64,000 bases of DNA from Nemertoderma westbladi (GCA_032718475.1 JAUCBJ010004194.1:17907-81906), one strand, 5' to 3'. Positions 49,965 through 63,424 are shown, counted from the stretch's first letter. The notes: a model not told the origin generated them from the sequence alone. Translations and numbers: made by a program.

Positions 49965-51308
49965 CCCTATTAAACCCGGGGAAAGGGGTCATTATGACCC
50001 CCCCCCCGTGGTTTTTTTATTATAATTCTGAAACAAACGCAGTTCGGAATCTGAAATTTTATGACTTTTCCTAAAAATCTATTGTCTTCCTAGTAGTGAA
50101 AACCGTTTTCAAAAATATTGGGAAGTTTTCGAGTTATAGCACTATTTTTAACCCTACTTTTGGCACTTTTTTGAGACGTTTTTTGAAAATTACATTTCAT
50201 TAAATATGAATTGTAACATCTCTATTTTTGATTTACACCGGTTTTTTGCTGTTAGCAATTGCATGGAATTCATACAAATTGATTTAGAAATTTCAAACTT
50301 GTTTTTTTCGGCGGGTGCCAAATTTTGGTGCCAGCACCAAATTTTGAAATATGTCAATTTTTAAAATTGATTGTTTGAAACTTATTTTTTACGCAATTGG
50401 GGTTTTTTGGGGTTCTGGTTTCGATGAAATATATACGAGTTGCACCAAGCGTATCAAACTTGTATTTTTCAGTGCTGTGTGCAATTTTTGGTGCTAGCAC
50501 GAAATTTTGAAAATCCATTCAATAGATAAAATTGCTTGTGACATTTTATTTCTTTCGTTTTATAGGTTTATGGCTGTTCTGAATTCAATGGAATATATAA
50601 TTATCGAACTAGACATCTCAAACTTGTATTTTTCGGAATTGAGTGCAAAATGTGGTGCTAGCACCAAATTTTGAAAATCATCAAATTTATCAATTGATTG
50701 TGTCACCTTGTTTCTTGCGTTATACGGGTTTTTGAGAGTTCTGATTTCAATGGAATCAGTAAAAATTTCATAAGAGTTTTCAAACTTGTATTTTTCGCCG
50801 GTGGATGAAAATTGTTGTGCCAGCACCAAATTTTGGAAAATAAGCAAATTGATCAGATAGTATCATCTTGTTTCTTGCGTTATACGGGTTTATGAGGGTC
50901 CTGAATCCGATGGAATCAATAAAAACAGCACTGGACATCGCAAACTTGTACTTTTTGGTGATGGGTACGAAATTTGGTGCTAGCACCAAAATTTGCCAAA
51001 TTACGCCGAAAAATACAAGTATCAATGATCTGGCATATTAGAAATGTATTCCATTAGAATCAGCGCCCTAGAAAACCTATAAAGTGAATTTATAGCATCG
51101 TATAAGTGAATTAAAAATTTTGTGTTCTAACTGAAAAGTGCTGGTTACTTGTTTTTTTCATTTTTTTCCTACGAAGAGAGGACTAAACAGCCATTTATAG
51201 TAATCATATCATTTGTAAATATTTTCCAATGTATTTTGCGCCCCAGAAAACCTGTATTGAAAAACAATTAGCCGAAAAATGTAACTTTCAAATTTTGTGA
51301 AAATTGTG
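49965..51308 (+). mobile_element. Non-autonomous piggyBac-like element with ~163-bp internal tandem repeats; right end missing
   Basis: Terminus TTAA|CCCTATTAAACCCGGGG. GGTGCTAGCACCAAA-like motifs recur at about 50327, 50489, 50652, 50817 and 50975. Confidence 0.7.
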
Positions 51309-51762
51309 AAAAAAGTAGCCTACTGCAATAACTTCTCTAAAACTGGATCCAGTCTCCCACACCCGTGTGTCATACGCCGCGCTAGACTGGCTTCAGCTGA
51401 TGTCAATTAGTACGGGCAATAGTCAATTCCTAAGACACTTAAATTAGCAGGTTAAACTGTTAAAGGTTTAACAGCGCGAACAATATTCGAAGATATAATT
51501 GTTATGTAGTAGTATAGTGTTTTGGTTTATGATTTAATGTTTTTAAATTATTTTACATTATGTACTGTGCTAATATAATTAGTGGCAGTGGTTTTCTAAG
51601 TAGTAGTTTGTATCATTAATGTAGTAAGTTCATTTATTTATTTGTGCTATTTACTATATACTCTCTCGACTCACTGTTGACTTAGGCATATGAAATTTTT
51701 GAACAAGAATCTTAACAATTCTGAACTATTAATTTTTTAATTTTTTTATGCTTAAAATATAG

Positions 51763-51888
51763 AAGTAGAACAACACAATGAATGCAGTGGATCTAAAAGT
51801 CCGTGGTATGACAGAGACAATCCTTCAGGAACTGGAGACTACGAGGATCTTAATTCACTCATGTCAACAAATGCCCAAGCAAATGAAT
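51763..51888 (+). CDS. Host gene exon 6: N-terminal half of a Mucin2_WxxW domain
   Basis: Acceptor AATATAG| and donor T|GTTAGA; 126 nt, phase 1-1. Reads EVEQHNECSGSKSPWYDRDNPSGTGDYEDL. Confidence 0.82.
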
Positions 51889-52576
51889 GTTAGATGATAT
51901 ATTATAATATTAACGATTGTAACATAAATTAATCAACTCTCAATAAAAGGTGAAATGTAGGGAATATCCTATTCCACTAGCTAAAATATTGACTTTTATT
52001 TAGCTACTCTGATGTATCTTTTAAATGATCTGAACGACTACTATAATCGGTCTGTTGCATTGAAACTGCACATTGAGATGCTATGCCAGCCCAACAAAAA
52101 CATTTTGTCACCACCGTGCAATCCACAATTAAAAATGCTATGTCGTCTTATCAACTGATACTGTTGTAATTCCTGTACATAGATAAAATGTAAATAGGAA
52201 CAGTAAACCAACCAAATGCATCATTAAACATGCTAAATAAGTAATAAGTATATAGTCTTTGACAAATTAAATAAAGTTATGTTAAATATGGATGATACAA
52301 GATATAGGAAAGACATGGAACATTAAATCAGTCTAAAAATAGTTGTATCTCATTACTGATAAGGTATCCTATGGCCATAGGTGCAAATGAGTTCTTAAAT
52401 AATTTGGTACGAACGTTGGGCATTATGTATTTGCTGCAAAGTCAATGGTAACTCTATGACTGTGGAATTCAGTGTCAGACACACTGAAACTGAACATTCA
52501 TATATTTACATTTCATATTTTTATACATTTATATTTACTTTATATTTACATATCATTCGAAATATTATTTCTACAG

Positions 52577-52762
52577 GGTTTTCTCAACACAATTGTTTGG
52601 AACCAATATCATCCGAAGCTCGAACAAGACAAACACATATCGATGCCTGGGCTACTGGAGATAGTTTTTATATGTATTCAGCTGATGGTCTAATTTGTAA
52701 AAACATTGAACAGAGTAGTGGACGTCAGTGTCACGATTATGAGATACAGTTTTGCTGCCCTG
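52577..52762 (+). CDS. Host gene exon 7: C-terminal half of the Mucin2_WxxW domain
   Basis: Acceptor TTCTACAG| and donor G|GTATGT; 186 nt. Reads CLEPISSEAR..GLICKNIEQSSGRQCHDYEIQFCCP. Confidence 0.88.
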
Positions 52763-52879
52763 GTATGTATTTGTCCCACATATTATTACTTTATAATGTC
52801 CTTATTAATAAGTAATATACTGTAGAACCGTTCATAAAAATACCATTTACTTTCATTTTGTTGAATATTGGAGATACAG

Positions 52880-52926
52880 ATGGCCCTATTGCAATTCCTG
52901 GAGACCAACTTACAGTACAGTTGTAG
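52880..52926 (+). CDS. Putative terminal exon 8 (DGPIAIPGDQLTVQL*)
   Basis: The acceptor GATACAG| continues in phase to TAG at 52924-52926, but the polypyrimidine tract is weak. Confidence 0.45.
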
Positions 52927-53274
52927 GCCTATACAACATGTATGTTGCAGTCGTTTCACATTTTAGTGGTAATTAATAATCGCAATAATTTTTATTGTCC
53001 GTTTAAATCCTTTTTTTGTCCTTTTTATTTTATTTTTTATGTCCTCCAAAAGTCTAATGTTAGGTTCCATGCTACCGGTTTCTCTACTGCTGTTTTCTCA
53101 GGCTATCAGTACCGGTATTAGTATATATAGCACTATTTTGCTGTATTCTATGTACAGATGTAGGTATAAAGCAGGTATTTCTGTATTTTAGTACCGGTAC
53201 CGGCACCGGTACTGCTATAGGCCTACTGTGTAGCCTACAGTCAGTCAGATAGGTCTTGCACACGGCCAGTTCAG

Positions 53275-53930
53275 TTTGTTTTTACAACATCTAAACTGCA
53301 CCAGTCACTCCCATCTCTCAAACACCCCATCCTGGAAATCCTTGCTTCTAACATCGTTTACTCTTTCTCTTGTCCCTCTTGTAAGGGGGAATATGTTGGA
53401 CACACCATCCAACACTTGTTTGAACGTGTTAGACAGCACCAAGATGGGACAGCCAATGATGGGAGCGAACAGGGTAAGACTGTGCACAACCACATCATGA
53501 CGCACCGCGACGAGCCCAATACACATTGGCTGACTGACTGGCGTGAATTGTTTAAACATTTCACCGTAATTGCTAGGCACCTATTGCGGCCAGTCTTGCA
53601 AAAGCTTGTAATGTATTACATCCAAACACGCAAGCTGGTTATCAACAAGCAGAAACGTTACTGGCGCAAGTTTATGGTGCTGCTTCCCAGTGGTTAGTTA
53701 CAGTACAGACATCTCTTCATTCCATTACCTGTTCCGTCCCCCTTTGGGAATCTTCTCTACATTTCCTGGCTTGGCCTCCTGAGAATGCCTTCAGTTGCGG
53801 GGCGAAACCTACCGATCAGCTGGCTGCCGTCAGCTGATCACTGATTGCATGCAACGTCTAGGTCTTGTTGCTTTTGAGTTTTTTACATACGTTTGTTGCA
53901 ATTATTACCGTAGACATTTATTTACTTAAT
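53275..53930 (+). mobile_element. Penelope-like element 3' remnant (GIY-YIG endonuclease + pseudo-LTR)
   Basis: SNIVYSFSCPSCKGEYVGHTIQHLFERVRQH..HI..H..FTVIAR..YYIQTRKLVINKQ is a Penelope-type GIY-YIG pattern. Confidence 0.8.
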
Positions 53931-54644
53931 TCGTATAATAAATAGCATTATTTCACTGTCATCTAGAAAAGGGGTTAACTGGTTTATGGATTTTGGATGA
54001 CATGACGACTTCAATTTACATTTTTCGAATACTTAAAATAACATTTAAGGCAAGTGATATAGCTCATTGGAAAGGTAAATAAAGAATCTATTAACTTTTA
54101 TGAATAACTTAAAATCGACCAGATGGCCAGTTAACCCCTTTTCTAAGTGAAACTTATAATATATAAATATAATATAATCTTTTCTGTACCCATATTGTTT
54201 CTTAAATATAATATAATATATATAAAATATAATATAGTAAGACAAGATTGTGTGTTGCAGCTCGGCTAATCTAAATAATTAATATAGTTGAACAAGGGAG
54301 ATAGCCACTGTTGAAAAGAAAAGCAGTCATAGTTTAACCAAATTTTCGATCCTATTCCAGGACCGTTATCAAGGATGTAATGTTAAATGTATTAAACCAC
54401 CAACTGCTAAAATGACAGAATGCAAAAACCAGCAAACAAAAAATGTACCGGTACATGTACAATAACTGTAGGCATGTACAATGACTGTAGGCCTAAAGGC
54501 AATCTAATTATATTATTGTAGGCAAGTAAGACAATTAAGATATATAATTAAGTAAGATATATATACTGTATTTATTTATACCAATTAACAAAAAAGCATT
54601 ATCCAAAGTACTGTAAGAACCCAAAAATGGGTATATAGTATACT

Positions 54645-55205
54645 GCAGGTAACTGGACAGAAACCCACCAATTGCATATTTGTTACTCACAAGAAGTTAA
54701 ACGGCAACATACAGTAGAAACCATATATCTGATTAGATAAAGTAGGCAGGCAACTGTACAGCAAACGCACATTAGACAGTATATATTAGAACGATGCAGA
54801 ACGGTAAAAGCTTTACACATTAATATAGTTATTATTTATTTCTCAAGTACCAAAAACAAGGCATTACACAGTAAAACCCCATATAATGGCTAAATATTGC
54901 AGAAAACTATAGAAGAGACCCACAAATTGCATATTTGTTACTTACTAGAAATTAAACGACGATATACAGTAGGAACCATATATCTGATTAAAAATGTAGG
55001 CAACTGAATAGCAAATGCACATTAGACAGTATATTTATATTAGAAAGTTGCAAAATGGCAAAACTTTACACAGTAATATAGTTATTATTTATATTTATTA
55101 CTCAAGAACCAAAAACAAGGCATTACACACTACACAGTAAAAACCCATATAATGGCTAAATATTGCAGACAACTGGACAGAGACCCACAAATTGCATATT
55201 TGTTA
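54645..55205. repeat. ~270-bp tandem duplication
   Basis: CAAATTGCATATTTGTTA, AAACCATATATCTGATTA and CAAAAACAAGGCATTACAC blocks recur. Confidence 0.8.
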
Positions 55206-58200
55206 TTTGATACTTTTTGTATTTTGATTTGTGCAGCTCTATATTAATGATTTAAGTAATTATGGTGTCATTGGATAGCTGGAAAGTGCTATTTTGTGTA
55301 AACTGGTGATAAAACATAAACTAGAGTAACCAACATGGATTGTTTTAATATACTAATTACTACTACTACTAGGTCGAGCGAACTCGGACAGTGGAAATGA
55401 GATCCTTCCAGGCTTCCCGATTCTCCATAGTTGTCGCAATTTCGTTTCTCCCAAGTTCAGTATCCCTTTCAAGTTGATCTATATATGTTATGGCCGGTCG
55501 TCCACGACTAAGCTTTCCATGAGTTGGTTGCCTACTAGTATCGGCATGCTGCATTGCAGCTGCATTTTTAAGAATGCTGTGCCGGCTTGTCGACAAAATT
55601 GCGCCGCCACAACTCCCTATCACCCAAGACATTTGCTAGATCATCCGCATCTTCAAGACCAGTGTCCTTTAAGATGCGTCTCAAGAAAGTCATGGGCTGT
55701 CCACCATGCTTATTCACTCCATGAGGCTGCCAAAGTACAAGATTATGCACTGGCTGGTCCTCACGGCGAAAGCAATGTCCTGCAAAGTGGAGGTGATTTT
55801 GTTCTAGTGTCAATCTTTGGGGAACCAATGAGACACCTCCAATGTTATATAGTGTCTGGTTGGAGATGTGTGCATTGTACTTGACACGATGAACCCGGCG
55901 TAGCATTCTTATGAATGTGCCATCCAGAGATTTAGTGTCCTCAGCAGTTAGAACCCAGCATGGACTCCCATAGAGGAGTACTGCTGCTCTAAATAATCGC
56001 ACCTTAAGTTTCCGATTGATTCTCGGTGACTTCCAAATCCTGGCTGCCTATGCCTTTCCCTTTACATATTCAAAGGTTCTCACCTGACTTCCGGATCCAT
56101 GATCCAGGTAACAGAAGTCGTCCACATGCTCAAGCATACCATCCTTTGAACTTATGCTCATCCGGTCAGAGACTTGCTGAGGACTTTCAAAGTTAACTGT
56201 CAAAATTTTGGTCTTTCTGGTGTTAATAAAAAGACCAACACTAGAAGCAGCCTGTTCTTGTGAGCTGAGGAGCCGTTGGGCTCCCTCTAGTGATTCTGAG
56301 AGTACCCCTAAGTCATCAGCAAAGTCTGGATCAGTTAGGTACTTGGCTGTATTTCCTCGACTTCTGGAGCCAGTAGGTGGAGTTATCATCACCCCATCAT
56401 CATTATGATGATCTAAGGACATGTGTAAAACATAGTCAACCACAATTATGAACAAGAATGGTGCAAGTGTGTCTCACTGGAGAACGCCCCATAACACTTG
56501 AAATGGTGGTGTGTCACCATCAACAGTAGACACAAATGTTGTCGAACCATTGTATGCTGATCTGATTGCTGCAATAATTTCATCAGGAATCCCATATAAT
56601 GAAAGTATGCTGAACATACATGAACGAGGGACTGAATCATAGGCCTTAAAGAAGTCAACAAAGATAAAACAGCCAGATGCCTGTCTTTCTTTTTTGATAA
56701 CTCTTCAATTATCCTTCGAAGTGCCAAAATGGGCTCCATGGTCCCATGACCTTTACGGAACCCATTCTGATTTCCACGGAGCAGTCTCGCAATGGGATCC
56801 CTGATGCGATTTAATATAATTATATTGTATAGCTTTGCAGCACTTGAGATCAATGGTTCAGGATAGATGAGCTTTAAACACTCAGGTATTTTAAAGACCT
56901 CAGGGGGAACACCATCTACTCCACTGACACGATTGGTCTTAATGCTCTTTGCAGCAGCCTTCACTTCTGCAAAGGAGATATCGCCAATGGGAATAACTGG
57001 GAGTACAGACTCACGCCTTTACTTCTATAAAGTTATCAGGCAATACCCTGTCATTATTGAGAAGCTTTTCAAAGTGGGCCTTCCAACCATTGAGGCGATC
57101 GGCTGGTGATTCAGCCTTAACCTTGGTGGTTGGTTGGCTTTTCCACCCAGTAAGCAAGTTGATCGATTGCCATGCCTGGGATGATTGCCTGCTGTAATCA
57201 GCATCAATGATGGCATCAACCTGTTGGTTTATTAGCTCCTGTAGATTAACAGATTACTGCCTGTTCAGGGACCTAGATGCAGCCTTAACTGCATTCTTGG
57301 CCGCTGTAGTCTGTTTGATTCGGGTCTCTTTCTGCGCCTTGTAGAGGTCATTTCGGCACTTCTGAATTTTGTTGTCAGTCCAGGGGGCCCTTTTCCTGTT
57401 TCGAGGGTATACAGGAACTGTTTCGGCAGCTGCTAACTTAACTGCTTCTGTGAAGGCAGTATAGTATAGCCCTCGCAGTGATCTGCCGCCTCAGAGGCAA
57501 GAACCTCATACCTGTTGCTCAGCTGTAGTGTGAAGCTGGATCTCACACTTGGTTGTTGCAACAGACAGGACCAGTCATGCCGCGAGCATCTGCCTGCCAG
57601 GCAGATTTCGTTGTTCTCCTAGCACGTAGACTAGGTCAAGGCGGTGATCACTGGAGAAGGGTCGAAGTGTAAATGCATTACAGTCTTGTATAGATCTCCT
57701 GTATTTCCTACGAAAGAGAATATGGTCTATCTGGGACTTGTGACCACTGGGTCCACTATGAGTCCATAGCTTTCCAGTTCGCTTCTTGAACTGGGTTCCA
57801 GCCGAAAACATTCCATTTCCAGAGATAAAATCCTGAAGATGGACAGAATTTCGGTTAACACTATTGCTATAGACCCAGGGCGATGTAGGTGATTGATGCA
57901 GACTTGCATTAAAGTCTCCCAGGAATGTTAAGAATGCATGCTGATCCACTCTTCGTAGCTTGTAGATTGTGGTAGAAATTTTCCACCTCCTCTACAGGGG
58001 CAACACTAGTTGGAAAGTAGCACACAATCAGAACCACCTTGGAAATTTCTTAGCCAGTCTTCCAGAACATGATTAGTGGCAACGGATGATGCTGTTAGAG
58101 ATTTGGTCTATTTTGTCCAATGCTGCATGTGCAGTTGGATTCATCAATAGACCAATTCCACCATTGCCTCTATCATCTGCTGATGCGAGGGCGAGTCGCC

Positions 58201-59053
58201 AACCGCCCCCCATGTCCTTAATCAGAGCCTCATCAGTCTGTCCAGTCTGCATTCGGTGCTCTTGAACATCCACTGCGCTAAGAGAAAGCTTATCTGCCAA
58301 GGCAGTCAGCTCACATTGTCGCATTGGGGACCCAAGTGTTAGGGTGTTTACTGAGGCTAGTCTAGTGACTTGCCTCAAATTCACCAATGGCTTTGTTGGT
58401 CGAGGGTGGAACATGAGAGTTAGGCATTGAGAATTAGGTTTCTTGCTTACACCGCGGCATACATGAAGACACGGCCCTTCTGTAGTTGGTGTACCGGTAC
58501 CACATATTATATGCGATATATGCATGATATATACATACAGTATGGCTTAAATTTTTCAGTTTTTTAATGACTCCTTGTGCGGTGTTTTTACTTACCCCTT
58601 TACTTAGTCCTGACAGTCTTAGAAACCAATTTTGTAAAAAGTAGAATCTATGAAAACATTTTGATCACCACTAAACATGATTGATAAATTGAGAAAAGGT
58701 CACCACAACCAAACTGAACGTAATGAAACCTAAACCAAGACATGTACAACAACGCCACATATACAACAATTTCGAACGAGTAATTCCAGAACCTGTTTCT
58801 GTAGCAACATATCTTTCGTGTTACAATTAATTGTAATAATTTGGCAATAAAAATGGGAATTCCCCATACATATTATGTACCTTTTTTTTAAAAGACTTTC
58901 CTTGTCTAAATTAAAAAATTTGTTTCAACAAAAAAGAGAAAAACAAAAAATATAACCTTCTAGCTTTCCAATGACACCATAATTACTGAAAATCTTTATT
59001 ATGGAGCTGCACAAAAAAAATACAAAAAGTATCAAATTTTGTGGGACACCCTG
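55206..59053. mobile_element. Tc1/mariner-like MITE split by an RTE LINE
   Basis: 55206-55285 is the inverted counterpart of 58958-59037. The right terminus is GTGGGACACCCTG|TA; the left terminal bases are missing. Confidence 0.6.
55357..58495 (-). mobile_element. RTE-clade LINE, near-complete ORF (APE + RT) with many lesions
   Basis: ASVNTLTL, DVQEHR, GNGGIGLL, LGDFNA, QIDHIL, SSDHRL, NQNGFRKG, DFADD, LLYGS, GRP..W. Ends in a (TAG)n tail. Confidence 0.9.
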
Positions 59054-59366
59054 TATATTTTATAATGTAGTGTATTTGTATAATGAATATGGATTTTTAA
59101 ACCGGTATTACTTTACACTATATACTTTTTCTCATCAAACGTGAATTAACTTTTTTTCACGCCCCGGGGAGTTTGCAAAATATATTGCAATTTGTATTTA
59201 TATTGTGGGTTTTTAATTATTAGTTATCGGTATATTGTGTTTGATTCTGACCTTTTGTCTATGAATCACTATCATTGAGCATCTGTGTCTGTATTTACCG
59301 GTACCGGTGGTATATGTGTTCAGAATTCTTGGAGTATAAATATATCGATTTTATGTAAAGTGTATG

Positions 59367-59687
59367 TCGATACACTCCCAAAACCTACATGTACTGGCCT
59401 CCAATCAATACACTCCCAAAACCTACATGGCTGGCCTCCAATCGATACACTCTCCCAAAACCGACATGTGCTGGCCTCCAATCGATACACTCCCAAAACC
59501 TACATGTGCTGGCCTCCAATCGATACACTCTCCCAAAACCGACATGTGCTGGCCTCCAATCGATACACTCCCAAAACCGACATGTGCTGGCCTCCAATCG
59601 ATACACTCTCCCAAAACCTACACGTACTGGCTTCCAATCGATACACTCTCCCAAAACCTAGATGTGCTGGCCTCCAATCGATACACT
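59367..59687. repeat. ~38-42-bp minisatellite, about 8 copies
   Basis: TCGATACACT(CT)CCCAAAACC(T/G)ACATGTGCTGGCCTCCAA in tandem. Confidence 0.93.
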
Positions 59688-59759
59688 TATAAGCGGATTC
59701 AATTCTCAGCACTACCCACCAAAAATGGGACTAGTGGCATTTTACCAATTATTATAGTT

Positions 59760-62700
59760 AGGAAGGTGACATTACCAATAACAATGTCACCTCATAACCA
59801 ACTAAGGCGATACACATCGCCAGCCACAGGGAAAGTTGAGAGGTCAAACCTTCTCAGAGGGACAAAGAGCTAGCACATGGGGATAGTGGCAACAGGGAGT
59901 GGCGAGGTGACAATTAATCAGGTTAAGCCAATGATGGGTGGGGAAAACACATTGGAAGTGATTAGAGCGCATCTATTGGACAGGCCACTCAGTAGAGTAG
60001 AGGTGATTAATATGTGTTAATAATATAACTGTTGCACTTATTGATTCTGATTCAGTTGGTTTCTATACAGTTGTGAGCCCGGAACAGTTTTTAACCATCG
60101 TCATTACCGTGCCTTTATATTCTGACTGTGCTATTATTATGTTCTGTGATTACAACAACTGACAGTAAAAACTCAGTTATTTCAATGGCCTTCAGCCTAT
60201 TATATATATCCAGACTACAACTTTAGCAGCCTACGGACGCGGCGACGCGTATAACACACACCGGTCGGGATTCATACTGCCAACTGCATTGGATCCCGTC
60301 ACAGTTAAAAACTGACGAGTCAACATCCAGCTAGAGGAACTGTGACTACAACTAACGAGATGAGCGAACACGAACAGCCCCAAGGTCCAGAGGGAGAGAC
60401 GAGCCCACCGCGAACCCCGAGCGATAGAGACGAGATGATTCGGGAAGCAGCAACAAAGCGGTACCGGCCCACAACCCCGCATTCGCCAACGAGGCCAAGT
60501 CGCCAGTCAACCAGTGGCCGAGGGCAGCGAACGGCCCACTGGAACGGCAACGGTGGGGCCGACGGTACGGCGCCGGATGAGGAGGGAAGGCCAAGCCCAG
60601 GAGGAAGACGTCAGGACGAGCGATCACCTACGACGAGGGTACAACGCCACCAAGAGGTTGTTGAAGGACGCTAGAGAGGGAGGAAAGGTAGACCACCCCA
60701 GGTTGTACCGGAGGCTAGGTGAGTGCAACAAACATTTTCACTCACTACCTTGTCAGATTTGGGCAGGGGGAACTACCAAGTCAGAGGGCGAGGGGGGTCG
60801 CCACAGAACTGTTCGAATTGTGGCGATCCGAGGTGGTGGAGGCCAGTGTGGTGTACGTAGGGCCCTATCTAGTAGATGCGAGGGAGATTAAGTTAGTGGG
60901 ATGGGTGGACCCGCACGACACCGAATCCGAGGTTAACCCCGAAGATTTGGTGTCATCGGTTAGTAGGAATTCCAGTAAGCACCGGAAAATTAATAGGATG
61001 AGCAGGCAACGGGAGTCCGTCGCAACCGAAAAGTCCGCTACATCCTCTGCAAAAGCAAGAAGGGTGTTAGAGATATATCTGGCGTGTCAACTAGACGTAG
61101 TCATGCTGGATCAAAAGGAACTAGAGAGACAGCTGGATGAGGGGACAGCGTTACTAGAAAGGGAAAGGGAACTAGAGAGAGAGAGAGAGAGGGTGGGCAA
61201 ACGTATGTGGGATAATATGCATGCCTGGTTGAGGGGGTTAATGCAATATCAGGCGAAGCAGAAACGCCGAATAGAACTGGCAAAAATGGGTTTATCAGAG
61301 AGCGAGGCTGGTTCGGGAAGTATTTATGAGGAACCAGGGATGATGGAAACCTTTGTTAATACCCCATTTACAGGTACCGGACGACAGACCCAAGACTGGT
61401 GTGACCGGACGGGCGGGGAGGGGGGTGGGGGTGGGGGTAATGACAATACGTTTGATAAAAATGTTAATATTAATAGTACCATAGTGGATAACCCTAATAC
61501 TAACGAAACTTTTCTTGCAGGAAATAATATTTTGCTTAAGAATATTTTTGATACTGGTTACGGCAAGTAATTTAAATAATAATATTGTAAACAATGGACA
61601 ACGGTGGAGAAAATAATCTAAATAATAATCTAATTATTGGTCACAAAATAATCAAAATAATTTAAATAAAAATCCGGGTACGCCAAATAATAATATAATA
61701 AATACTCCCGGTGAAATTAATCAAAATAACCTAAATAATGATGTAATAAATCAACAGGGTGAAGCTAGTGGCGGTATAATTAATACAAACGTAGGGGAAA
61801 CAGGCAATCTGCCTAGTGAGGGCCTACAAGGCCATGCAGTTGCGCAGGGAGGAACGTGGGTAAATAAACCCAGGGAGGATAGAACTAACATTTCGACTAG
61901 AGGAGAATATGGACAAGGGGGCAAACTGAGAGGTAATGGGTGGGGGGGGGCATTGGCACCCCACCACAACCAATTAATGACGAGAGGGGGGGGGGGGGGG
62001 GCAGAAAACGCCCCACGAGTGTCGGCAGATAATGCGCACGGTGAGTTAAGTGAACCGTGGCACCCGATGACAGAGGATAATGGAAGGACTGCGAATACCC
62101 GCGGGGCCATCCAACCGGGCAGAGGGAGGGACGTTGGTGCCATAAGTGGCCAAGCGAGAAAACGTCGAGCCCACTCGAAAGACGGAAGAAGGAAAGTGGA
62201 GTTCATCCGGGAGGTCGATACGAGATCTCATGAAGGAGGACATTACGCTGAAATCAGAAGAAGTGAGGAGGGACGAGGAAGTGTTGCTACGGGCAACCAG
62301 AGACATCGAGAGAGGACGGACAGTGAACTGTCGATAGTCGAACTAGATGAGAGAGCTGGTGGGGTCGTACTCCGCGAGATTGCCATCGCCCTGGAGAAGC
62401 ACAACCTGGCGAAATATACCACACACTGGGAGAGGGGTACAGAGTGTACCGATACAAGGAGGAAAACAGAAGAGGGGATCGGAGGGAAACTTCCCGTCGG
62501 AACGTAGCTGCCGATCGAGGATATGGTAGTCGCAGGGAGGAGTTCTTGCCACGCTTTCTCGAGAAAGCAGGAATTGTGGCAGCATGGCCCGCACTTCCTT
62601 AACGATAGGTCGAGCTGGCCACCGATGAGGAAGGTAGACCCAAGTACAGAGGAAGTGACAGTGGAGGAGGAGGGAGAGGAATCAAAGGGGGAGGAAATAT

Positions 62701-63155
62701 TTAGTAAACTGGTCAGGGAGGTTAAGGAGGTGCCACTGCGATCAAAGCTGATAGAGTTGTGCGATAACCCAATGGATAGGTTGCTCAGTTACAGCTCCAG
62801 CTGGTATAAGACGAAGAAGCTAGTAGCATATCTGAGGGCCTGCGGAGAATTCTTCGAGAACTCCTTGGAGCTTATACGGATACCAAAACGAGACCCACCA
62901 TCGATCTGGAAGGGGCGGCCAAAGCCGTGATACGATACGAGCAAAGGAAGGTGTACAGAGACGAGGTAAACTGCGTCAGCAAACAACAATGCATTTGTCA
63001 AGACAGCGAGCTCAATGCGCTGTCGCCACAATTAGACAAGGATGGGATCCTGGTCATGAACTCCAGGGTGGTAAACAACATCAGCCCCGTGATCCCACCA
63101 AAACCGATAATAATCCCCAACAAGTCACCAATAATCCACCAGATCTTATGGGACT
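59760..63155 (+). mobile_element. BEL/Pao LTR retrotransposon remnant with a large internal deletion
   Basis: 62523-63150 reads LWQHGPHFL..WP, YSSSWYKTKKLVAYL, IRYEQ, LSPQLDKDGIL, PIIIP (the BEL RNase H-integrase linker). Upstream are gag-like coiled-coil frames and an LTR-like block. RT is absent. Confidence 0.7.
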
Positions 63156-63190
63156 ATATATATCCTATAAGTCTATATTAACTCTAGAAT

Positions 63191-63424
63191 ATGGTTTGGA
63201 ATTGCTGCGTTTACGGCTGCAGCTCTGGGTCTATTTCTCAAACCAACATCGATGAGCCTTCACAATCGATATTCAGCTTCCCGTTAGTTCGCGAAGAATT
63301 GGCACAGTGGCAGCAATTTATGTCACATCGACTAGATTCCGAAACCCAAAAGCATTGGGTCCCTAACAAAATATTCGAAAATCTGCAGATTGCACTTCAA
63401 AGAGAAGTTTATAAAGCGAAATGA
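63191..63424 (+). pseudogene. THAP zinc-finger domain fragment (frameshifted)
   Basis: MVWNCCVYGC..FSFP..W..WVPNK, then KICRLHF in the adjacent frame, completing the C2CH THAP signature. Confidence 0.8.

Noticed and set aside
60719-61570. 283-aa ORF as an independent host gene
   Set aside because: It lies between an LTR-like block and BEL pol remnants, so a decayed gag region is the simpler reading.
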